A DNA stretch of 64,000 nucleotides from Dipteris shenzhenensis (Eukaryota): assembly GCA_047967505.1 (NCBI GenBank), contig CM106538.1; one strand, 5' to 3'. Shown here piece by piece: positions 1 through 12,098 of this stretch; position 1 is the stretch's first letter; each line of letters starts with the position of its first letter. A program made the translations under genes and the position numbers. The notes beneath the pieces are model-generated. The model ran no database searches, had not been told where the DNA came from, and worked only from the letters and a program-made list of their open reading frames with translations.

Positions 1-214
1 ACCACCAGAAAATCACAAACTATAGTTTGCAGAAATAACAAAACTTTGACTTGATTTCTGCAACAGATTCACCATCTCGTAAGGCGACTCACCATAATTG
101 GACCATGATCGACCTCAATTTCATCCTCCTCTGAGTTAACCTCGCCTACCTTTCTGTCATTCTAGCAGGCACATTTCAAATAAGATGGACACTGACTAAT
201 GTAGATGCATGGCG

Positions 215-622
215 TCACCAATAGTCCCCACACGCACACTTTCCGTCCTTAAACAAATGAGAGCGGTTTGCATCTCTGACAAGAATAGTTCGCTGCTCTA
301 TCTTTGATATAAGTGCAACGACCCCATGACAGGTATGACACGTCCAGAGATTTTGAACAACACGTATGGGTGTCCCCTTTGGTGTGTTGATTAGGGCACA
401 CGCAATAGCTAGCTTCTCGCTGTGCCCACATAACCCATGCTTTACATTAACAGACACATAACTTGAGACCCAATGAAAATCAGGGGTGCGACCTTTCTCC
501 CTCATTTTGAGGTAAAGATCCTCTAGCTTTGCATATATCCTTGAGCTTTGAGAATGCCCTGTGTCCCCCACCGAGAATGAATGCATTGATCCACCCATGT
601 CAGTCCAACAACTCTGTTCTGG
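215..622 (-). pseudogene. DYW cytidine-deaminase domain, in frame with the PPR ORF but behind a TAG stop
   Basis: Reading through gives AWK*PEQSCWTDMGG...HSEKLA...CHTCH...CACGDYW. The TAG is at 623-625, and 24 nt separate it from the ATG at 598. Confidence 0.9.
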
Positions 623-2767
623 CTACTTCCATGCTTGTTTTTCCATTTTCATTGCCTCAACCTCCTCCTCTTCCTCCTGCATGTGAGCATCTGCATAGAT
701 GTTAGACATCAAGACATAAGCCGCAGCATCCTTTTCATCTAATTGCACTGCATGTTCAAAGGCCAACCTTCCAAGCTCTACATTACCCCATTTTCGACAA
801 GCACCCAACAAAGTTTTCCACACCACAATATCAGGATGGAAAGGCATCTTCTTCACCATTTCTAGTGCCTTGTCTAATTGGCCTGAACGGCCAAGGAGAT
901 CAACCATGCTAATGTGGTGCTCAATAGTTGCATTGACACCATAGTCTTTGCTCATGGCCTCAAAGTACTTCTGGCCATCATCCACTAGACCTGTGTGACT
1001 GCATACAGTAAGAACAGTGAGGAATGTGGCCCCACTTGGATTTATGCCTTCCTCTTTCATTCTCTCAAGCATATGGAAAACATTTTCACTTTCTCCTAGC
1101 TGGGCATAACCTGCAATAAGTGCATTCCATGAGACCTCGTCCCGAGCTGACAGATTGTCGAATGATTCTTGAGCATCTGCAAGCGAGCCACATCTGGCAT
1201 ACATATCCACCAAGGTGCTGCCAACGATAAGATCTGTTTCCAGCCCCTTTATGGCAACCTCTGTGTGTATCTCTCTGCCCTTGTGTATGGCTCCTATGAT
1301 GCCGCAAGCTTTCAAGCTGCAAACGAATGTGACAACAGATGGAAAGACACCCTCCAGTTGCATCTGTTTGAAACTATTCAGTGCTTCCTCGCCAAGACCA
1401 TGCTCAGCATATCCTGCGATCAAGGCATTCCATGAGACCTCATTTCGAACTGGCAGCTTGTCAAATGCTTTCCGTGCTTCTGCGAGGGAACCACATTTGG
1501 CGTACATATCCACCAAGGTGCTGCCAACAACAAGGTCTGTTCCCAACCCCTTTCTGTCAATCTCGGCATGTATGTCTCGGCCCTTGTCTACGGCTCCTAT
1601 GCAGCCACAGGCTTTCAAGCTGCAAACCAATGTGACAGCATCCGGTGAGACACCCTCCAGTTGCATGTGTTCAAAACAGTTAAGCGCTTCCTGACCAAGA
1701 CCATGTTCGGCATAGCCTGCAATTAGTGCAGTCCACGAGACTGTGTCCCGAACAGCAAGTTCATCAAAAACTTTACGTGCTTTTGCAAGCAAGCCACATT
1801 TGGCATACATATCCACCAAGGTGTTTCCAACAAAAAGATGTCTTTGCAACCCCTTTCTAGCAATCTCAGCGTGTATTTCTTGGCCTCGTTCTGCATCTTT
1901 CAGCCTCGTACATGCCTTCAGTAGGGCTACAAACGTATACGTGCTAGGATGTACAGAATCCTCTTGCATTTTCTGGTACAGGTTGAGGGCATGCTGTGAT
2001 TTCCCACAGTCAATGTAACCCATGATAAGAGAAGTCCAAGAAAAAACATTCCGATCAACCATCCTGTTAAAAACCTGCTGAGCATCGCAGATGCTTCCAA
2101 CTTCTACCAACATTGGGACAAGGTAGTTTCCAAGGGATCGACAATCTTCTAGCCCACTTTCGCACATGTAGGCATGCAAGCGCTTGATATACGCTATATT
2201 TTTCTTTTTCCTGCACTTAACCAACATGCATGTAAGGTTCTCAATCGATGACAGCTGGGGCATCCGTTCCATAGAAGTGAGTGCCTCCTCTAAGCTAAGC
2301 GTGTCCCAGGCACCCCTCTCTCGCAATTCTTGTGCTTTACATACATTCACCTGTATTTCAGACATAAATCCAGCCTTGTCACACTCCTTCACCCACCCAC
2401 ACTGGGAGGGATCCGTGCAGTACTCCTTCCATAAGCGCTCCGTACGTGATCTACCTGCCATTAGACCACGATGGCAACTAATTCCCACTGTTTTCCGTCC
2501 TATAGAAGTCTTAAAATACATTACGCGAAGGCTCAGCAGAAATCCCAACCGAGTACCTGAAGGTGGAGGTTCCTCCACCACAGCCTCACTGCCACGCTGA
2601 CTCCCCAAAGGAGCCATTGTAGAGAAAAGGCTTGATAGACTGCGGAGATGAGCTACCAAACTTTGCCAGACGGACTGTGGATGAGCAATATGAAAAGCCT
2701 GCCAAAGGGAAGGAAAACCATGCAGCCTTGTTAAGGGGTAATGATATGGTGGGAAAAGGGTTTTCAT
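623..2767 (-). CDS. PLS-class pentatricopeptide repeat protein with E1/E2 domains (organellar RNA-editing specificity factor)
   Basis: Intronless 714-aa ORF. It has repeated P-L-S motifs (xVSWxALIAGYAEHG, TFVCSLKAC, GSTLVDMYAKCG) followed by E motifs (VWKTLLGACRKWGNVELG, AAAYVLMSNIYA). The true start codon is uncertain. Confidence 0.95.
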   Translation of the reverse strand: MKTLFPPYHYPLTRLHGFPSLWQAFHIAHPQSVWQSLVAHLRSLSSLFSTMAPLGSQRGSEAVVEEPPPSGTRLGFLLSLRVMYFKTSIGRKTVGISCHRGLMAGRSRTERLWKEYCTDPSQCGWVKECDKAGFMSEIQVNVCKAQELRERGAWDTLSLEEALTSMERMPQLSSIENLTCMLVKCRKKKNIAYIKRLHAYMCESGLEDCRSLGNYLVPMLVEVGSICDAQQVFNRMVDRNVFSWTSLIMGYIDCGKSQHALNLYQKMQEDSVHPSTYTFVALLKACTRLKDAERGQEIHAEIARKGLQRHLFVGNTLVDMYAKCGLLAKARKVFDELAVRDTVSWTALIAGYAEHGLGQEALNCFEHMQLEGVSPDAVTLVCSLKACGCIGAVDKGRDIHAEIDRKGLGTDLVVGSTLVDMYAKCGSLAEARKAFDKLPVRNEVSWNALIAGYAEHGLGEEALNSFKQMQLEGVFPSVVTFVCSLKACGIIGAIHKGREIHTEVAIKGLETDLIVGSTLVDMYARCGSLADAQESFDNLSARDEVSWNALIAGYAQLGESENVFHMLERMKEEGINPSGATFLTVLTVCSHTGLVDDGQKYFEAMSKDYGVNATIEHHISMVDLLGRSGQLDKALEMVKKMPFHPDIVVWKTLLGACRKWGNVELGRLAFEHAVQLDEKDAAAYVLMSNIYADAHMQEEEEEVEAMKMEKQAWK

Positions 2768-4288
2768 GGGAAATACAAATTTCCCAAGCTTTAACTAAGC
2801 ATTATGACATTCGAGCCTTGATTTTATGTCATTTCAGCCCTAAAATGACATAACCATTGAGCTCCAGCCCTCCCTGATTTTGTGGGGAAATAATGGGAAG
2901 AAAACCTTGGCATAGAATTTCCAATTTTCCACAAAAGTACCACAATGTCATCAGGGCTTTAGAGTCGAATAACATGGAAATTTTCATAGCCTCTAGTATG
3001 TCTGCCCCCTTCGAACATAATTCCCATGCTAATTTGATGGTTTGTTTTCTATTTTTGTTTTGAATATGTCTCCACTCAAAACCTAACGCTAGTGCCATAC
3101 CTCCTTGTTTTTTTCGAAGACACCTTGGTACAGGACCAAATTAAGTGCAACCACATTCCCACATTTGGATGAAGAAACCCACCCCAGAAAACAAGGGTTA
3201 GAATTTTCCATCATAATGGATGATGGTGTAGCAAAGAAAGATGAGAGAATGGAAGGCATGAGACTCCTTGAACTTGCTTAACCTCTTATGTGGCATGCTT
3301 CAGATAGGCATGCCACTTCCTCTATATGCTTTGTACCTTGGCCATTCTCACACAATTACCGACACAAGGCTATCGGCCACTCAAGTGATCTGCACATATA
3401 TGTAATTGGGCTTCCACAAACATGTTCATTGCTTCTCTTCACTCCATATCTTCTCCAACCCATGACGATAGCAACACCTCCTCCTTTGGCAATGACGCAT
3501 AATAACCCCCTCCATGGGCAATGAAAACATTCATCTGAATGATGGCTACGATAGTATGAAGGTCAAGGTTAGTGTCTACTCCATTACAATGTAGAGAACT
3601 TATATGTATGTTTTTTCTAAGATACACATTGAAAAATGATGATACACGCTTAAATAGAATCTCAATTACATTACATCGTTGCATTGTCGGTATGGTTGGA
3701 GGGAGTGTTATTGGGTCTCAACCAAGCCCTCATGTATATAAGATATTATCATCATTTGCTTGATTTTGCATTTTATAAAGCTAATATCAACGCAGTGTTA
3801 TTCGGTGAGATGTATCTCTTTGCTCCCAATTCCCATACTATTTCCATAGTTATCTTATCTTTAGACGCTTTTGCTTTCTTTCTCTTCTACATTATGGTAT
3901 CATAGCATTCCCATTTCCCTAATAAATTAGAGCTCATGCCATGGGAATGAGGGTTTCAAACAATGCACCGTTTCTTATACTAGGATTATAAGGTGGTGAG
4001 CATGTGGTTAGAGGGGCCTTGTCCTCTGTTTCTAATCTTGGGAAAGTCTTTGCCACACGGCTAATTTCTTGCAACAAAAGAGACTTTTTCATGTAGGAAG
4101 TGGAGGCAAGAAGTGGGGGTTAAGGTTTTGGAGAAAAGAAGGTACATAACATAGTAGAAGTAGGAGTAGAGGGGATAGAAAAGTATAAGGAGGGGATATG
4201 CAAGTGAGGTTCAAAAGAGGTTAGGGGGCAAGAGTGAGAGGAGGTGAAAAGAGAACATACACTACAATCTTGGATACAATGAGGTGTC

Positions 4289-5087
4289 TGTGGGGGTTAA
4301 AAGGCCACTGTACCTTAACTCAGGTTATGTACAATACTCACACATATATAAATGAATGACAAAGAAGATTAGAGTGTTTTGCACCCACCAAAACTTGTGT
4401 GGCTCTCTTCTGGCTCTCCCTCTCTCTCACCCTCTTCCGTTCCACTTGCGTTGAGAGCACTCTCAACTGGTATTAGAGCCCATGTGGTTTATCAAATGCT
4501 TCTAGGTGTTCTAGCTGAGCCCGAGTGTGTGCTTGGAGCCCAAAGTCTGCTGCTACAGCTTTGTGGGAGGAAGGAGAAGCTCTATTAGGTGACTTTACTT
4601 GCATCTTGGTGTGCAGAGACCTTGCAAAAACCTTTGGAAAGTTCTCTTAGTGGTTTTGGAGAAAAAAAGCCTTTTTTTAATGATTCCCTTGTTCCTTTCG
4701 ATGACGACTAAGAGTCTGGAATGACTTGCAGAGGCAACCGTTGCTTGCTTTTGGTGTTCATTGTACTTTGGGAGTTCGAAAACCCCTTAATTGTTCAATT
4801 TGGGATCATTTCATTGGATTTTTGACTCGCTGTCTCTTGCTTAAACATTTTTCTGGTAGTGTGTTGGAACTCAAGTTTGAAGCAACCATTCGCATATCTG
4901 TAAGTTCTAGTGGACTCAGGAGGTCCTAAAACTTCTATGTTGCTCATCATTTGCACTCCGGTCGTATTTACAAATAGATCTATTTGCAAAAACGTTTTCT
5001 GGTCCATGTGTTGAACCCGATGATTAGGACCATAGTTTCCAAAACCGTCTATTTCATTGCATTCCAGAGGCCCAAAAACCCCTACCT
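4289..5087 (+). mobile_element. 5' fragment of a Copia element (LTR, PBS and leader), same family as 7798-13721
   Basis: LTR 4289-4465 (TG...CA) and PBS TGGTATTAGAGC at 4468. The leader is homologous to the reverse complement of ~12930-13550. Confidence 0.85.
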
Positions 5088-8021
5088 TTTAGCTTGGCTG
5101 ATCATTTCCTTCCTCATACGCTAGTCAACAAGGATATTCAAAGAAGATGATTCATTAAGAGCCTCCTACTTAACTACAAGCTTGATTAGTTAACCTGATA
5201 GGCTATCAAGCATAAAGTCACCACTATCCCACCAAGCCAACGAAGCTGGGAAAGAAATCACATCCCTTTAGGAGGACATTGTGAGAGTAAAGTATACCCT
5301 AGAAAAGAGGAAAAAACAAGCAAAGCATGCTCTAGAAATGTGAGACTAGGTCCAAAAGGTGAACATTGAACTAAAACTCAAGTCAAACTTTCAAAAGTCC
5401 AATGCAACAAAACCACGGATGAAGTCCTAATTTCCATGTCAAAACTCCAAGAAGTGTAAGAGAAACTAACACATATAGTGTTGGAGAGATTTAACAAAAT
5501 CCAAAGGCAACAGGATGAACAATGACATCATGTGGAGGAGCTACTTCATCTTCTTACCCGGTCCTAGGACCTCAACAAGTTAAAATCATTCAAAGAGGGC
5601 AACAATGATGATGAAGGATGAATGAGAGCAATGGATCCTTCAGTCGACTCTATGACTCCAATCTCAAGCAAGCTCAAGAAAGCTAGTGACCTCCCCCACA
5701 ATTCCACAAATGGGGACAACAAAGGAGAGGCCAGTCAACAAGACCTGAAGACTAATTCAAGGGGTAGCGAGTGAGCAAAGGACAAAATAGAGAACACTAT
5801 AGCACACCTAGCTACCTAGCCCATGATGACCCCCACTGTGGATATGAGACAAAAAATTGCCCACCAATCCCTCACCATATAAAGGGTCTCTTAACCAAAG
5901 GGTAGTAGCAGAAGGTAGCCATAGAGACAATCACCCAATAGACTAGAGAACACCCCCCAACAAAGACCAATACCACACCCAAGGACCAAGTGGTAGCTCT
6001 TGATGGAGCTCAAGAACTGATCAAGGGGAGATGTATAGAGAAGGAGGTCAAGCCACTCACTAAGAAAACCAAGACCAAGGGGCTGGATTACAAGCCTAGC
6101 CCACACAAAGAAGATATCTGTGAGGCTAAGTAGGATAGACTTGCAAAATTGGTAATAGGAGCTAAAACCATGGAGTTGATCAAGGTTGACACCAAAGACC
6201 CCCGCCCCCAATGTGAAAATGACAACAAACACAAAGGGAGGTAGTGTAGGATTGAAGAAGCAAAGGGGAACACATTGTACTCCCTCCCATCTCATTAGCC
6301 ACTCCCCCTACCATTGAGTAGGCATGGGAAAACTCCCTTCAAATTAGTGCTATAAAGATTCGTGAATTGGCCGTGTGTCATAGACGCTCACTTGTCAACA
6401 ATGTGAAGTCAGTTTAATTGCTTTGAGAGGCAGCAAACTAGCATGACTAGATGAAGGTCTTGTGCGATCTCAATAGCCTCTATTAGTGCATGAAAAAAAT
6501 CTCCACCACCTTTGAAGCTATCAAGATTGATGATTTGTTCCGTCGATGCAACAAACCTCTAACTCTACTTTGGAAAGGTGCTGCAAGGTAGCACTTCCAT
6601 GAGTAAGGCAGGAAGAAGAATTGACCTTCCGTTGGGAAAGGTTTAGGCAAATAGAAATAGAAGGGGGATAAGCATTGAACCACATAATAGATGGTTCAAG
6701 GATTCAGATGCAATCAAAGATGAGCTCACATACCAAAGGACAAAGCAGGCAAATGAAGCTCCCCGCAAAGGACAAAGGGAGTTGGCTAGCAAAGGACTCA
6801 ACAAAGAGGGAAGTAGAGAAAACCTGTCAATCCATGAGCTACACTAGATACCCAAAGCCCAAGTCATGCATTAAGGTCACCAAGACTGTGTACATCAGGC
6901 AATAGGTCATGTAGCTAAGGAACTTAATGCTAGGCAATAAAGGAAGTGGTACTACATGATAACTCTCCCATGACCATGGGCCAAGCTCACCTCCTCATCC
7001 AACTGAGGGCTGTGTAGAGAATCTCACAATTAATCACCAAGGCAGGTGTCATTACGCTGACTTCTGCTTGCATCAACCTAGTGGACTATTTTTTGTCTTT
7101 TCCTCTCCCCCTTGGTTGACCAGTGAATCCTTTTGTCAGTCCACTAGACTATTGACAATCTTTTCCTCACCCCTTAATTGACTAGTGAAACCTATGCTCA
7201 AATACAAATAGTGCTAGTGTTTGGGTGGAAGATGCCCTCTCTTGCGCCGATGGGTTTTCTTGGTGTGTAGGACCTACTCGATGTGTGAAAAAGTTCGATG
7301 TCAAAATCTATCACAGGATTTTATCCTGTGTGGGTGAAATCGTATGAAGATGGGTAGATAAGCACACACAACAGTAATGTGAGCCTTGCAAGAAATTAAT
7401 AGATAGCCGAGATATCAAACCCAATTGTGATATTATCAAAGAGGCCTTGGCCTATTATACAAACAACCCTAGCTACAAACGACTCATAGAGACTCTCGCC
7501 TCAACTTGAAAACTACACTCAATCTAAACAACGAGGCATTACTCAAACTCAAACAATGATACGCCCAATTTGGGAACCACATATGCACAAGGGTGTTGAC
7601 AGATGTAAATACAGAAACCTTTAGGGAGCACATTACTTATTTAGAGGAGCACTATGCACACAATCTAGATCCCTTATATTTCTTGAAAATAGCATCGTTG
7701 TTCATATTAAGAACTTGGAATGATGTATCTTCTTGTTTTTCATTTCTATTGATAAGGGATTACAAGGGATGCTACTAGAGATGATGATTATGGCTCCTGA
7801 GACTGCTCTCAACGGAAGCAAGAACGGAAGAGGGAGAGAGAGAAACAGAGAGCCACACAAGTTTTGGTGGGTGCAGAACCACCCTAATCTTCTTTTTCAT
7901 TCATTTATATATGTGTTTGAGTATTGTACATAACCGAGGTAAAGGCACAGTGACCTTTAACCCCCACAACCTCCCACTTAAAGGACAATGTGCCTTTGAG
8001 GGAGAACAACCAGTGAGCATA

Positions 8022-11000
8022 CTATCCAATGCCCATCAATACACGACAATACTCAAACCGCTGAATAGGTAGACTCTTCGTCAGCATATTTGCAGGGTTA
8101 TCATCTGTATGAATCTTGACAAGCTCTATGCGCTTGTCCTCAAGTACCTCCCTGATAAAATGGTACCTGACCTCAATGTGTTTGGTCTTTGCATGAAAGA
8201 CCGGATTCCGTGCTAGCTGAATAGCACTCATGGAATCACTATGCAATGTCGGTACACCTGTATGATCCCTAAATCTCCCACTAGCCGATCAAGCCATATA
8301 GCCTCCTTGCAACCCTCTGTGGCTGCAACATACTCAGCCTCTGTGGTAGACAAAGTAATGCACTTCTGTGTACGAGACATCCACGACATTGCACCACCTG
8401 CAAAGGTGAACACATAACCAGAAGTGGATCTCCTACTATCCACATGCCCTGCATAGTCTGAATCTGTGTATCCAAGTACACGCATGTCTCTTCTACCAAA
8501 GTAGATGCACATCTCCTTGGTACCCTTCATGTACCTCATGATGCACTTAACTGCCTCCCAATGCCTCTTTCCTGGATTAGCCATATACCCGCTAACAACT
8601 CCCACTGCAAATGCAATGTCTGGCCTAGTAGCTATCATAGCATACATTAGACTCCCAACTGCTGATGCATAAGGAACCTTGGCCATCATGACCCTTTCCT
8701 CATCTGATTTGGGACTATTTGTATGACTCAATTTAGCATATGGAGGCAATGGAGTACTCACTGCCTTCCCCCCCTCCATATTGAAACGCTGCAATACTTT
8801 TGTAACATACTCTTTTTGTGAAAGCCAAAGGAGTTTCCTACTTTGATCACGCGTGATGCGCATACCAAGAATATGACTTGCAAGTCCCAAATCCTTCATA
8901 TCAAAGGCCTCATGCAACTTGACCTTTAATGCATCTAGCTCATAAGTATTCTTGCCAGCCAATAGCATATCATCCACATATAGTGCCAAGATTATCAAGC
9001 TATTATCCTTAGCCCTTTTAGTGTAGAGGCAGTGATCAATTTCACTCCTTCTAAAACCCTGGGTCTGAATGAAAGCATCAAACTTCTAATACCATTTTCT
9101 AGGCGCTTGCTTAAGACCATAGAGACTCTTCTTCAGCTTGCAAACTAAATGCTCTATGCCCTTTTCTTCAAAGCCTTCCGGCTGCACCATGTAAATTTCC
9201 TCATGCAAATCCCCATGCAAGAAAGTTGTCTTGACATCCATCTGCATAAGCTCCATATCTTCTGATGCCACTAGTCCAAGCATGCATCTAAGTGTGGTCA
9301 TCTTCACAACCGGAGAGAATATCTCATCAAAGTCCACATCCTTCTCTTGCTTGAACCCTTTAGCAACCAAACGGGCCTTGTACCTAGGCACATCATCACC
9401 TATGACCTTCATTTTGTAGACCCATTTACATGGCAATGCTTTCTTTCCATGTGGCTCCCACTTGCGTTGATCCTCGTGCATCATAGCCTCTCTGTAGCAA
9501 GAAGGCTCCCCACAATCAGTAAGCATCACATAGTCTACCCCTAGAACAAACCTATCAGGTGGTCTAGACACTCTAGATGATCTTCTCAAGGGCATTTCAG
9601 CTTGCTGTCCCACCTACATATCAGCCAAATTTGGCTCATCATTTCCACTAATAGATGATCCATCATCTACCCTTGATTGTATACTTGTGGGGGTACTTGG
9701 TGGTACCATTTCTTGCACATTTGGTGCATGGACAGCTTATTGTCTATCAACATATGCAGGTGGATTCACATCTTGGAAAAAGATTCTCCGCATTTTCACA
9801 TCCCTCATGGGTGCCTTATGCATCTTCTTCTCATTGAAGACTACATCATGGCTGCGTATGATCTTCTCTGCTTCTGGATCCCAGAGACGATAGCCCATCT
9901 CTCCACTTTCACCATAACCCAGAAAGATGCATTTCCTAGACTTAGGATCTAGCTTCTTTCGAAGCTCTTTTGGCACATGTGCATATGCCTCACACTCAAA
10001 TATACGCAAATGAGAGTAAGAGGGCTTCTTGCCACTCCATGCCTCTTCAGGAATACCACCATCCAAACTCTTACTAGGTGATCTATTGATCACATGCACT
10101 GCAGTCTTCATTGCCTCAGCCCAAAAACCATTAAAAAGACTTGCATTGGAAAGCATGCATTGCAACCTTTCTTGAATGGTATGGTTTATCTTTTTTGCAA
10201 CTGGATTTTGCTCTGGAGTACGAGGGGATGTGAGCTCCCTCTTAATCCCACGTGTATCACAGAAATGCTGAAAGTCATGAGACAACTGGATTTTGCTCTG
10301 GAGTACGAGGGGATGTGAGCTCCCTCTTAATCCCACATGTATCACAGAAATGCTGAAAGTCATGAGAGAGATACTCTCCACCATTGTTAGTCCGTAGGCA
10401 TTTAAGTGTTCTACCTGACTGATTCTCAACCAAGGCCAGCCATTTCTAAAATACCTGGAACACCACTCTTCTGAGCTATAGCATAAGCTGACACTTTCCT
10501 AGTTGCATCATCAATGAATGTCACATAGTATTCAGCCCCGCCTAATGACCGTGTAGGCATGGGACCACATACGTTTGAATGCACCAAATCAAGCTTTTCA
10601 AACTCTTTCATTTCCCTTCTTTTATGGGCAGATTTAGTCTGCTTCCCATAGAGATAGTGCTCAAAAAATTCAAAATCAGAGAAACTCAAATGTGGCACAT
10701 AACCCAAATGGCATAAGAGTTTCATTCCATTCTGGCTCATGTGCCCCAACCTACAATGCCACAAAGAAGTGCTTGGCTGCTCGATTATTGCAACAATATG
10801 ATCAAATACCCCTGATACATGTAAGGGATACAAAGTCCCATACTTGGCACCCCTAGCCAAAAGCATAGAGCCCTTCAGAATTTTCCAACTCTGAAAGCCA
10901 AAAGTGGTGTGAAAACCAGCATCATCAAGCTGACCCACTAAAATAAGACTCTTGGTCAACTTAGGCACATGTCTCACATGTTTCAAAATAAATGCAGACC

Positions 11001-12098
11001 CATTTGCAAAAGAAAACTTTATCACCTACTCCCACTATGTCACATTCATAGTCATTTCCAAGATGCACACAACCTGTCTTTCCACTGTCATAAGTGGAGA
11101 ACCATTCCCTATGGGGAGTAACATGGAATGAAGCACCAGAATCCAAAATCCAATCCTGGGAATATGCATCATCTGAAGTGGTAAGCAACTCTGTAGATAA
11201 ACTAGACATGAAGAGAACGTCATTGTCACTATCATGTGTGACTGCATTGATCTCCTCAATCTTCACTTTTCCTTTGTCCTTCCTTTGACTCTCTTCCTTT
11301 TGATTTGCACCCCAATTTGCATTCTTTTTCTTATCCTTTTGCTCTCTTTTCAGCTTGTAGCATTCCTTTTTCATATGGCCCTTCTTGCCACAGTGGTAAC
11401 ACTCAATGTTCCATGCCCTGGATTTGCTACAAGACTTCCCTCTTTCTTGGGACTTCCCCCTGAACTGTGATCTGCCCCTTTGCACATTTAAGGCTGCATC
11501 CTACTTGTTGCCATCCATAGACTTCTGTCTAATCTCCTCGGCCAACAAGCTACCCACAACATCATCAAATTTCAGTACTCCACCAAGTGCAGAGTTACTG
11601 ACAGCTGTATGGAAGGTATCCCATGAGGATGGCAATGAAATAAGAGAAATATTGCCTTAGTCTCCGCATCAAAATTCATCTTCTGAGCCTGAAGCTAGCT
11701 GAAAATAATATTGAATTCATTCAAGTGAGAAGCAATGGAGACCCCTTCCTTCATCTGCAGCTCAAACAACCTCGTCATGAGGTAAACTTTATTAGAGGCA
11801 GTTTCCTTTTCATAAGTGGCACACGGTTTCTTCCACAAATCTTTCGTAGTCTGCTCATTTACTACTGTGAAATAAATTGACTCTGCAAGATGAAGTCTAA
11901 TAGTAGATTTTGCTAATGCATCCAACTCATTCCAATCATCCTCAGACATATTTGCATGCTTAGCTTCAATCCCTGCCAAGGGTTTAATTTGCTTCTTTTG
12001 AATAAGCACCTTATTTGTTCTTTCCACAAAGAAAAGTTTGTCCCATTAAACTTTTTAATGCTAAAAAACTCCTTTTCAGACATGGAAGAGGATGCCAT
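8022..12098 (-). pseudogene. Copia gag-pol, frameshifted
   Basis: CCHC knuckle (CYHCGKKGHMKKEC), PR (WILDSGASFH), INT (FIDDATRK), RT (LYVDDML) and RH (TDSDYAG) are spread over several ORFs. Confidence 0.95.
10198..10367. repeat. 85-bp tandem duplication inside the Copia integrase
   Basis: Two near-identical units, 10198-10282 and 10283-10367. The length is not a multiple of 3. Confidence 0.9.

Noticed and set aside
623-625. TAG rescued by U-to-C editing or readthrough
   Set aside because: U-to-C editing is organellar and this gene is nuclear. The context TAG-CCA-GAA is not a known leaky motif, and the DYW shows signs of decay.
1086-2600. Antisense and alternative-frame ORFs over the PPR gene
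   Set aside because: Shadows of repetitive PPR coding sequence.
5100-7790. Decayed TE-like DNA with a motif at ~7170-7240 that recurs at ~15131-15200
   Set aside because: No domains or termini could be assigned.
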